Shown piece by piece: positions 13,701 through 33,633 of a DNA stretch of 64,000 bases; position 1 is the first letter of the stretch; each line of letters opens with the position of its first letter. The stretch lies in assembly GCA_950097015.1 (NCBI GenBank), contig CATNEN010000029.1, forward strand, positions 5,084,001 through 5,148,000, written 5' to 3'. Source of the stretch: Macrostomum hystrix. Lineage: Eukaryota > Animalia > Platyhelminthes. Below the pieces are notes generated by a model. That model searched no databases and was not told the DNA's origin. It was given only the letters and a program-made list of their open reading frames with translations. The position numbers and the translations under genes are program-made.

Positions 13701-16700
13701 CGTGCAAGTTACACTCTTGAGGGCCAACCTCCAAGGCACAGTGAGAGTGTACACTGCCTGACGATGAGAATGTGGGCATACGTACAGTATATGTGTGTGG
13801 GAACCTACTGTCCACAGACAGACAGATCTTAAAGATTCGGTATACTGGGCCCGTTCTATAAAGCTTTCGTAAGTTCCGTCGTACGCTCTAACTTACGCAC
13901 GAGAACTAAGAACTGTCTGAGAATGTTCTTACGTGCGTTCGGAGAAACTTTCGCAGATGCGTCGTAACTTACGCAGGGGCTGCGATCAAACTTTAGCACT
14001 GGCGTCTTACTTTTACCGTAAGCGGAATTTTTACCGTCCCTTTTTAGTTATCTTTGAGACGCATGCTGTACTTATTAAGTAATTCAAGTAACGAATGACA
14101 CTCACATTTTCATATCAATAGACAAAAATATCGAACGGCAATACTGTATTGCCCTTGGTTCACAACACCATTATATTTAACTACAGTTGCCACAACACAT
14201 TAAAAAAAGACACAGGTCCTTGATACTCAGAGAAAGAAGGCCTACACGTCATTAAAATGGACCAATTGCCTACTATCAAAATTCTTTCTTGTCTCCTTTT
14301 CGATCGCCAGTCTCTCCTGCTCAATGCGTAGACGCTCCCCCTCGATCTGCAGCCTCTCTTTCTCGACGAAAAATCGGTCAGTTTCGATCTTCAGTCGGTC
14401 TTCCTCCACCCGGAGACGTTTTGTTTCCAAGGATCCAATCAGCTCAAGCTTGCTTTGATCTGTCTGACGCTTCTTGTTCTTGGCAGTAGAAGCGGCAGCA
14501 GGGGTGGCAGCAGACTCTTCGCTGTCTCCATCGTCGGCAGTGTCGTACTCAGGCGATGCACATCTGCCAACCTCTTCGACAGATTTACCAGCAGGTGAAC
14601 TAGCAGCCACCGAGCTTGATGACGCAGCCTGTCCCTTAGATGCAGGCAACTGCAACGTGTCAACACCGAATGGCACACCTTCCACGACCTGGGGTCGGAT
14701 CGACTGCGCAGCCTTCTCCTCGAAGCTCGACAACTGCGGGGCCTGCGACGGACCGCCTCCTGTCTTAGCTTGCTCCTTGCGGATGCTGGCGACCTTGTGC
14801 TTCAGTTGACTCTTGAAATCGGACCACCGCTTGCGGCAGTTCTCGGCTGATCGTCCTTGTCCGCCGACTGAATTCACGATATCGGCAATTTGCTGCCATC
14901 CGCGTTTTTTGCGTAAATTTGCTTCGACAGTATTAGCGGAGCTCTCCAAGTAATTTTTGCGCTTGGTCGTTGCCTCCTGCAGTGTCTCGATTTCGATCAT
15001 GGACCAGTTGGCCGCGCGTTTCAGAGCTGCGTTGGAACTCATGGCTTGTCTGGCACATTCACAAGGATCTGCTTGTCTTCGTTCAGCCCTTATATTGCTA
15101 CTCCATTGACTTTGATTGGCGCATCACCTTCTCTCTCTAACACCCGCAGCCTGCGGGGGTGCTAAGGTTGTTACGTTAGTGTTAGAGAGAGAGAGGCGTT
15201 AACGAGAGAGAAGGTGATGCGTTTCAATGTTGCGGAGTATGGATTGCATTCATTGGCGGAAAGATCAATGAGGTGATGCGAAAGTTATAAACCAGCCCGG
15301 CGCGCAATTATCCTCAGGTCGGCCTGAGGCGGCATTTTACAAAGGATGACTTACATATATCTGATTGGCTGGGGAATTTATGACCACCTGCTGCTCCCGT
15401 TTTTACAACCCACACTTGGTTAAATCGGTTTTAATTTAATCAGTTAAACAATTCTTTCCTTTAGAATTGAAGGAATTGAGCCCCAGCCGAAATATAGGAG
15501 ACCTAGTTTAATGGAATGCCAGAGTCACCAAATGAATTTCTTAGACTTGACACTCGCTCAGCACACCTTGAGAACTGAGAGACGATTTCGGGATCGACTC
15601 GACCCTCTCGACTTCACTGATCAGGAGATTTTCGAGCGGTACCGGCTGCCACGGCAACCATTGCTCGAGCTCATTGATCTGCTGCGGCCGCAACTGCAAC
15701 GTCAGACGCGTCGCAACAGAGCAGTTTCCGTCGAGCTGCAGGTTTGCCTGGCTATGCGATTTTTTGCAACGGGCAGCTTCCTCAGAGTCATTGGGGACGT
15801 TTTCAACTGCAGTTGCGTGACAGCGTCAGGAGTTGTCACCGACGTTTGCAAGCTGCTTCAGGACATGGCGCCTGCTCACATTTCGTTTCCATGCAATCAG
15901 CAGGCGGCGGCAGCTTCAGCTCGGTCATTTTTTGACATTGCCGGAGTGCCCCAGGTGCTTGGAGCCATCGACTGCACGCACATCCGCATCCGGCGTCCTA
16001 TCGACGACGGTGGAGTCTTCATCAATCGGAAAGGATTTCACTCGATCAATGTTCAGGCAGTCTGCACTGCCAATCTCTCATTCACCAACGTTGTCGCACG
16101 TTGGCCCGGCAGCAGCCACGACTCCTTCATCTTTCAGCAATCTGCGCTGAAGGACCTCCTCGCTGATGGGATTGTCGCCGGCTTCTTGGTTGGAGATGCG
16201 GGCTATCCGCTCCGACCGTTTCTGATGACGCCGTTCAGGGACCCACAGACGAATTCCGAGCAAAACTTCAACAGGCGACTGAGTAGAACTCGAGTGACTA
16301 TCGAAGGGCATTCGGTGTTCTGAAATCGAGATTTCGATGTCTAGATCACAGCGGAGGAGCTCTGCAGTTTCATCCGAGCAAGGTGCGCAGCATTATCGTG
16401 GCATGCTGCGTGCTGCACAATTTTGCGATGGCCAGAGCTGTTCCACTTCCGCCTGAAGCTCTACCGCTGGCCATAGAAGCAGCAGTTGAAAATCCAGCTG
16501 CACCAGCTGAGGACACGGCTGCTGGTCGAGCTGAGAGACAGCGAATAATGCAGCTGCTGCCACCGTGAACCATTATAGGACGATTGCTATTTCCTGCTAC
16601 TCACTTTTAAAAACAAAACTATGTTGAAACAGTTTCTACAGTCTTTATATAAATAATCATTTGTGCTTGCTTTATTGGTGTCTTCACTGCAAAAGTGACT

Positions 16701-17055
16701 TACGACAGGTCCGACCTGTCTTAGATTTACGACGGTACTTAGGAGGCCGCTGTGACTTAGGAAAGATTCACCGAACGCAAATTTACGCACGTGCGGTGAC
16801 TTAAGAAGCTTCTTAAATCTAAGAACGATCTTAAGATACGATGGCTTCACCGAACACTTTACGACATTGCGGCAGCGTAAGTTTGAACTTAGAGATACGC
16901 AAGCTTTATAGAACGGGCCCAGTGTGATTATTAGCACATCTGCGATGGCTTCCACAGCGTCCACAACAATGACAAGTCACTCACCTTCGAGCTTTCCTCA
17001 CCCGTTTCCCAGCCGCCCTGCTAGTTCTCTTGATCAGGCTGTCGAGTTTGCCCAT
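8429..17055 (-). CDS. otop: Otopetrin-family proton channel, 8 exons, ~663 aa if a 1-bp frameshift is corrected
   Basis: Exons (minus): 16985-17055, 12713-12884, 12216-12633, 10991-11029, 10741-10901, 10423-10630, 9270-9882, 8429-8737; all junctions GT-AG with consistent phases. Otopetrin motifs: NLYLRLGAI-VFGFG, RFMVVHLIVTNLCIW, PYLYPCAVEYGL, CHKSHKGLFLG, QTLFI, KPGR, PLIIFFRFHSTVCLSEIW. Exon 7 is 1 nt short (frame change near 9368-9371). Exon 1 is the least certain (ATG 17055, AG|GTGAGT donor, phase matches). Confidence 0.9.
8934..9255 (+). mobile_element. tRNA-derived SINE family 1, near-complete copy in the last otopetrin intron
   Basis: tRNA-like head (A box TGGCCGGGCGG, B box GCTCGATTCC), body shared with other copies, (ATT)n-like tail. 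Confidence 0.75.
9951..10390. repeat. Intronic minisatellite, 16-bp unit AGGATCTAGGATCTGT
   Basis: Near-perfect array in an otopetrin intron. Confidence 0.97.
11110..12165. repeat. Intronic minisatellite, 23-bp unit TATGAGTGGATTATCCGTGCAGT
   Basis: ~45 copies in otopetrin intron 3. Confidence 0.97.
12925..13150. repeat. Intronic minisatellite, 16-bp unit CTCTGTCCCACCGTCA
   Basis: Tandem copies just upstream (sense) of otopetrin exon 2. Confidence 0.95.
13585..13810 (+). mobile_element. SINE family 1, 5' part
   Basis: Shares GCGGTCTAAC..GTTTGCCTCTCGCACCAAGGTCCC.GAGCTCGATTCCG and GAGGGCCAA...GGCACAGTGA with the 8934 copy. Confidence 0.75.
14242..15042 (-). CDS. Harbinger accessory Myb/SANT-like DNA-binding protein with C-terminal coiled coil (266 aa)
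   Basis: Intact ORF; KRAANWS...KKRGWQQIADIVNS...RSAENCRKRWSDFK...TGGGP Myb/SANT signature; heptad-like RLRVEEDRLKIE...RLAIEKE tail; lies inside the TIRs. Confidence 0.9.
   Translation of the reverse strand: MSSNAALKRAANWSMIEIETLQEATTKRKNYLESSANTVEANLRKKRGWQQIADIVNSVGGQGRSAENCRKRWSDFKSQLKHKVASIRKEQAKTGGGPSQAPQLSSFEEKAAQSIRPQVVEGVPFGVDTLQLPASKGQAASSSSVAASSPAGKSVEEVGRCASPEYDTADDGDSEESAATPAAASTAKNKKRQTDQSKLELIGSLETKRLRVEEDRLKIETDRFFVEKERLQIEGERLRIEQERLAIEKETRKNFDSRQLVHFNDV
15511..16568 (+). CDS. Harbinger (HARBI1-like) DDE transposase with a 1-bp frameshift near 16304
   Basis: Motifs FFATGSF, GAIDCTHI, INRKGFHSINVQAVC, WPGSSHDS, GDAGYPL; adding one A at ATCGAAGGGCATTC restores IERAFGVLKSRFRCL...IIVACCVLHNF, running to TGA at 16566-16568. 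Confidence 0.9.
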
Positions 17056-17439
17056 GCTTGCCGGGTGTGAATCCTAGCCTGCGTGAAGACTGCATGGTGC
17101 AAAGTCATGCCGCCTATTTATGCACCCCGCCAAATGACCTGCTGCTGACCTGTTTCTTTCACTCCCTGTCTCACCTAAATAATTATTTGTGCAAAAAGTA
17201 CTCGTATTTGGAAAAAAAGATTTTCTTGGGACTGCTAAAAGTAACATTTTGTCGAACGCCCATGAAGCTAAAAAGATGTTTACAAAAATTACCACACAAT
17301 CTCCTAATCGCTATATAAAAGTAAATACCTGCATTATCCTAAACGAGAACATTAACCTAAATTTAGGAAATAATGCATTTCTTCATTCATGTGGGATGAG
17401 TGGCAAATTGGCGCAGCTGCTGATGAAGGCTGTACAATC

Positions 17440-17645
17440 TACAGTGAGAGTGTACACTGCCTGACGATGAGACAATCAGGGCAGATGTACACACGTGTGT
17501 AAGCGTGTGTCTGTGTGCGTTGTGTGCTCAGGAGTCAGCGAAATGGGCAGAATTGCCTCCTCGCTGGCTGCGGGTCTAGTGTCATCAAATGATGTGCCAT
17601 TGCCCGGAGTCCTCCTGCAATTATTATTATTATTATTTCTATTTC
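17440..17645 (+). mobile_element. SINE family 1, 3' part with (ATT)n tail
   Basis: Shares GCTCAGGAGTCAGCGA...GCTGGCTGCGGGTCTAGTG...CTCCTGCAATT with the other copies. Confidence 0.75.
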
Positions 17646-17883
17646 TTCATTCATGCATTTCTCTGCGAATCGGCCAATCAATCAATTAAGTAATCAATAA
17701 ATCAATCGAACAATTCCGCGTGGTAGAATAATTTGTTATTCAATAAATCTGATGCTTTTATAAATCGATCAATAACATCACAACGAAGATCGCTCCAGTG
17801 GGATTGCGCGAACGTACCAGGTGTACGGTTGATTGAAAAAATAAAAAATTCCTTATCAGAATCATGCCGGTGTTTTTTTACTA

Positions 17884-18133
17884 GGGCCTTATCAGTTGAC
17901 CAAGTTTTATCGCTGCATCGACCCAGAATTTTTGCATTCTTTGCTCATTGGCTAGAATTGCAACCCTTTAGCTGAGCATGTACTTAACAGAATTAGCCAT
18001 CCTATCGCTCATTGGCTGAAGGCGGAAATCACTTTTTACCGGGCACGTACATGCTGAATGTACATCGTCAGGAACCGAGCGGTTTCCTTATTAGGATTTC
18101 CTTATCGCCTAAAATAACAAGCTGATAAGGCCC
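17884..18133. mobile_element. Possible 250-bp MITE with GGGCCTTATCAG terminal inverted repeats
   Basis: GGGCCTTATCAG at 17884 and CTGATAAGGCCC ending at 18133; no matching TSD found. Confidence 0.35.
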
Positions 18134-18228
18134 CATACGTTGATCCTACTGCAAGAGCTACAATTTAAAAGTGGTAGAAAGTTTTCTGAAATAAAACGCT
18201 CCTACGTGATGAAAATATCATACATATA

Positions 18229-18848
18229 CTCAGCAACAGCTAAAACCCCCCAACTCACGCTGTCACACGGCCCAAAAGTTTTGTATGCCATCGGTGACTC
18301 AGAAATGTGTTTCACTGCACGCGTGGGCTGGCATCGCACTGAATGGCAAAACAGAGCTTGTCATTCTGGAGCAGAATGTAACTGGGCAGACCTATGCAGA
18401 GCTGCTACAGCAGCAGTTTCTGCCATTTGCTACGACAACCCTTGGCGGCCCGCAGAACTGCATGCTTCAAGACGACAACGCTGCGCTACATCGAGCAGCA
18501 CACGTGCAGCTGCTGAAGGAGCAGCTCGGCATTCGCACATTGAACTGGCCGTCAAAGTCTCCAGTCATGAACCCCATCGAGCATGTCTGGGACTTTGTAA
18601 AGCGAAGAGTTCAGCAGGATGCCCCACAGAATGCTGAACAGTTGCGACTGGCGGTGCTGAATGCCTGGCAGCAGCTGCCCCAAGAGTTCATCAACCGGCT
18701 GGTGATCAGGATGCCACGACGAGTCGATCACGGCACTTTTGCATGCTCGTGGTTCCTACACACGATACTGAGACTAGAATTAAAGACATTGCTTAACTTT
18801 TGTGCCCGTGTGACAGCGTGAGTTGGGGGGGGGTTAGCTGTTGCTGAG
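18229..18848 (+). mobile_element. Internally deleted Tc1/mariner element (620 bp) retaining the transposase C-terminus
   Basis: ~52-bp imperfect TIRs (CTCAGCAACAGCTAA...CAACTCACGCTGTCACACGG...AAAAGTT) with TATA on both flanks (18225-18228, 18849-18852); internal frame has QDDNA...WPSKSPVMNPIEHVW with D34E spacing; N-terminal DNA-binding domain and first catalytic D missing. Confidence 0.9.
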
Positions 18849-20065
18849 TATACTAAAAATATAATCTTGCAATCGAACGACAGAACTTCGTTGCATCAAA
18901 TGTGCTTAATACTAACACAAAATAAAAATTCTTTGTGATACAACAACAACTATACGAGCTAGTATTCATGCCAATCATGCTTTACCTTTAATCATGCCAT
19001 GAAATTATGACATTAGATGACATTAGAAAAAAGCAAAAAAATAAAATACTGTAATAATATCTGCCAATTCAAGTAACATAAAAATATCAAAGACAATTTT
19101 CCGGGTTAACGAAACAAACTTGACAGAATTTCCTGGAAATTTAAACTTCAATCGTGGGTATTCCGAACCAAATTTGCGGAATAGTGCACGAAACTAAGAA
19201 CAGGCCTTTAATTTGTTCACTTTTATTCTATTAAAAACATACTCCATTGTCTTATCTCTCACTGTGTTATCTTTTCACTGTCTCGTCTCGTTTTGCTTAT
19301 CCAATCCATTCTCTCACCGCTATCTTCGCTATCTTGTCTCACCTCTCTCTTTTTCCACATCTCTCCTGTCTCACCTATCCCGTCTCACCTCTCCCGTGTC
19401 TCATCTCTCCCATGTCTCATCTCTCCCGTGTTTCATCTGCCACCTGTCGCACTTCCATTCTGTCTTATCTCTCCAGTGTCTCATCTCTCCACTGTCTTGT
19501 GTCTCCCGTGACTCTACCGTGACTCATCTTTTAACTTTCTTATACTAGCGTATTTCCTTCCGTATCTCAATTTCTTTCAGCAAAAGAAGCAGAACAGGTT
19601 GCCCGCCCCAAGTCAACAGCTTCGCCCCTACACAATCCCGTCCCTAGCACAAAAAATTGCACAGGAAGTTTCGCTTCACTAAAATGTCTATGGTAAAAAA
19701 CAACAATTCTATCCATGCATTACGGGCGCGCTGCTTTAATGGTGGACATACTACACACACGCATTATTCTATGGCCTAAACGAGTCCCGCAATCACATCT
19801 CTCTTGTGCTTGTACCAAACACAAAAACTTTGTCTATGGCCAATCTTTAAAGATAACTATAACTACGCAATAATCGGGACGCAATGATTAGGCCGTAGAA
19901 TAAGGAAATATAACATCCTGTGGTTTTTAATTAGCGCCCTTAAAGCATGGGTACTTTTGTTTACTATTTACAGTGAGAAGTAGCATACAAACAAATGTTT
20001 ATTGCACGGTGTTTGTCGATATAAAAATTCAGGTCTCCATTTTCTTTCCACTTTTTTTTCTAGTC

Positions 20066-30429
<10,364 letters not shown>

Positions 30430-30857
30430 TTTTCTGAGTCTAAGCATTCTCCAGTCTGGTCAGTTAAACCTTTTTATAACTGCCTGATTGGCCTCTCATT
30501 GGCTGGTGCAAACCAGTTTTGTTTTCAACCAGTAGCATAACAGAACTATTCAAGCTCTGTTTCAGGCTTAGTATAAAGAATTTACACCTGCAATGGATTA
30601 TTTAAACCGAAAGCCAGTTGGGACAATAAAGCCTCTTATTAACTCGCTACTTTTTAAGGCCCAAAATTTTTCCGTCTCCGAATGAAAAAATTGCCGCTTT
30701 TCCTAGATTTTTTGCTGAAAAATCTGTCACCGTAATTGCACAGTTGTGTTTTCTGTTTTCGATCGAAATTGGACAGGTTTTGGCGAGATAATCTTCGTCT
30801 ACAATTTGTAAAAACAAATGCTCGTACTTTAGCAAATCTAATCTAGCAAAGCTCGTA

Positions 30858-32090
30858 CCTAGCAGTTATCTACCTAGCAGTTATCTACCTAGCAGTTATC
30901 TACCTAGCAGTTATCTACCTAGCAGTTATCTACCTAGCAGTTATCTACCTAGCAGTTATCTACCTAGCAGTTATCTACCTAGCGCTTATCTACCTAGCAG
31001 TTTTCTGCCTAGCAGTTATCTACCTAGCAGTTATCTACCTAGCAGTTATCTACCTAGCATTTATCTTACCTAGCAGTTATCTACCTAGCAGTTATCTACC
31101 TAGCGCTTATCTACCTAGCAGTTATCTACCTAGCGCTTATCTACCTAGCAGTTATCTACCTAGCGCTTATCTACCTAGCAGTTTTCTGCCTAGCAGTTAT
31201 CTACCTAGCAGTTATCTACCTAGCAGTTATCTACCTAGCAGTTATCTACCTAGCAGTTATCTACCTAGCAGTTATCTACCTAGCGCTTATCTACCTAGCA
31301 GTTATCTACCTAGCGCTTATCTACCTAGCAGTTTTCTGCCTAGCAGTTATCTACCTAGCAGTTATCTACCTAGCAGTTATCTACCTAGCAGTTTTCTACC
31401 TAGCAGTTATCTACCTAGCAGTTATCTACCTAGCGCTTATCTACCTAGCAGTTTTCTGCCTAGCAGTTATCTACCTAGCAGTTATCTACCTAGCAGTTAT
31501 CTACCTAGCAGTTATCTTACCTAGCAGTTATCTACCTAGCAGTTATCTACCTAGCGCTTATCTACCTAGCAGTTATCTACCTAGCAGTTATCTACCTAGC
31601 AGTTATCTACCTAGCAGTTATCTATCTAGCAGTTATCTACCTAGCGCTTATCTACCTATCGGTTATCTACCTAGCGCTTATCTACCTATCGGTTATCTAC
31701 CTAGCAGTTATCTACCTAGCGCTTATCTACCTAGCAGTTTTCTGCCTAGCAGTTATCTACCTAGCAGTTATCTACCTAGCAGTTATCTACCTAGCAGTTA
31801 TCTACCTAGCAGTTATCTACCTAGCAGTTATCTACCTAGCAGTTATCTATCTAGCAGTTATCTACCTAGCGCTTATCTACCTATCGGTTATCTACCTAGC
31901 AGTTATCTACCTAGCGCTTATCTACCTAGCAGTTTTCTGCCTAGCAGTTATCTACCTAGCAGTTATCTACCTAGCAGTTATCTACCTAGCAGTTATCTAC
32001 CTAGCAGTTATCTACCTAGCAGTTATCTACCTAGCAGTTATCTACCTAGCGCTTATCTACCTATCATTTTTCTGCCTAGCAGTTACCTAG
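30858..32090. repeat. Intergenic minisatellite, 15-bp unit AGCAGTTATCTACCT
   Basis: 1.2-kb array between the two iGluR starts. Confidence 0.97.
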
Positions 32091-32724
32091 CAATTGTCTA
32101 ATTCTACGAACATGCAGCGGTAATATTTTCAAAAATATTCTGTTACAATTTTCATTTCCTTATCTTACAAAATTATTAAAGAATGTGTACAATAGTTCCA
32201 ACATCCTACTTTAAGTACAAAGTTATTGATAAGAAAAAATAGATTTTAAGAAAAGCAAATTGAATTCCAAAACAATCAGAGAACCAGCTCTAAAAAAGAT
32301 AATTACCCTGTTAGATAAGCATAGAAAGGCACCTGAAATATCCCAGAAACACTCTTTGATGAAGAGCGGATTATTCTTCTACAGCCGCCCTCCACCAACT
32401 GCCTGGGTCATTTAATCCCATTTCCTCAGTCGCCAGCCTCAGCTGGGGGCACGTGACGGGGAATTAATTACCGACCTCCATTACTTTTATCCCCAGGATG
32501 TAAGAGAAAAATAGCACAGCAACGGCGGGTCATGCATCAAATTCTATTCAAACCGGCGATCATAAATACAGCCTGTTTCTGACACTGTCCAGTGCTGTCC
32601 AGCTGTAACTGCTTTGACGGCAATTTGTCAACTCTCAGTAAAGCACACTTTGCGATGCGCTGATAAACAGAGCATTTGGAAACACTCGCTTTATTACTAA
32701 CCTAACCTGAGATAGCGCGCAAGG

Positions 32725-33160
32725 GCCTGAGACAGCCTCACCTGAGTATCTGGAGGATGAGACAGCCTCACCTGAGTATCTGGAGGATGAGACAGCCTCA
32801 CCTGAGTATCTAGAGAGTGAGACAGCCGCACCTGAGTATGCATGGAGGGTGAGACAGCCGCACATGAGTATCTAGAGAGTGAGACAGCCTCACCTGAGTA
32901 TCTAGAGAGTGAGACAGCCTCACCTGAGTATGTGGAGGGTGAGACAGCCTCACATGAGTATCTAGAGAGTGAGACAGCCTCACCTGAGTATCTAGAGAGT
33001 GAGACAGCCTCACCTGAGTATGTGGAGGGTGAGACAGCCGCACCTGAGTATCTAGAGAGTGAGACAGCCGCACCTGAGTATGTGGAGGGTTAGACAGCCG
33101 CACCTGAGTATGTGGAGGGTTAGACAGCCGCACCTGAGTATGTGGAGGGTGAGACAGCCT
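32725..33160. repeat. Intergenic minisatellite, 30-bp unit GAGACAGCCTCACCTGAGTATCTAGAGAGT
   Basis: ~14 copies. Confidence 0.95.
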
Positions 33161-33633
33161 GAGCAAAAGTTGCACATCTTCTTGTGCTTAACCTGCAAGC
33201 CAGTGAGTGGTTTCCTAGAATTTCCGAACCAAACGTGAAAGATTTTAGGTTAGGCACTTTTTATCCCGGCACAAGACAAATTTGCAAATCAGAGATTTTT
33301 CTGTAAAGGTGTAGGTGAAATACTTAGTATTAAAAATGTCAATGATAAAAAGTTTCCAGAAAGAGTTGACAATTTTCAATGCATACTTCAGTGTGTTTGC
33401 TTACTCCACTGTAGTTGATGCACTGAGCAACCAATGGCAGCTCAACTGGCAGAGTTGGCTAAAAACCAAAGGGATGTAGGAAACAGACTGAGCCCCAATC
33501 TGATTGGTTCTGGTGGGTTGACAAACTTTTATAAAAAGTCTTGTCGATGACTTTAGGAGTTTTACCAAAAATAGCAAACGTTGCCGAACGGAGTTAGACA
33601 CCGATTGGTAAAATCTGCTATATGCGACCAACA

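Larger units (their letters stand above)
13848..16919 (+). mobile_element. Full-length PIF/Harbinger DNA transposon (~3.07 kb) in otopetrin intron 1
   Basis: Perfect 19-bp TIRs GGCCCGTTCTATAAAGCTT (13848-13866) and AAGCTTTATAGAACGGGCC (16901-16919), flanked by CTG and CAG; repeated CTTACG/CGTAAG subterminal motifs; encloses the two genes typical of Harbingers. Confidence 0.93.
30430..33621. promoter_or_regulatory. Divergent intergenic/promoter region shared by iGluR paralogs A and B
   Basis: Lies between the two head-to-head ATGs; CCAAT/ATTGG boxes near each start (~30485-30505; ~33430, ~33500, ~33605); two minisatellites inside. Confidence 0.5.

Noticed and set aside
13750-13775. CTGACGATGAG resembles a hammerhead core (CUGANGA)
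   Set aside because: No correctly placed GAAA or three-stem junction found.
17555-17630. GCCTCCTCGCTGGC in SINE family 1 equals the P3-L3-P3 segment of the genomic HDV ribozyme
   Set aside because: No acceptable P1 (best candidate has five G-U pairs), no GG for P1.1, and the segment pairs better with upstream AGTCAGCGA as a simple hairpin.
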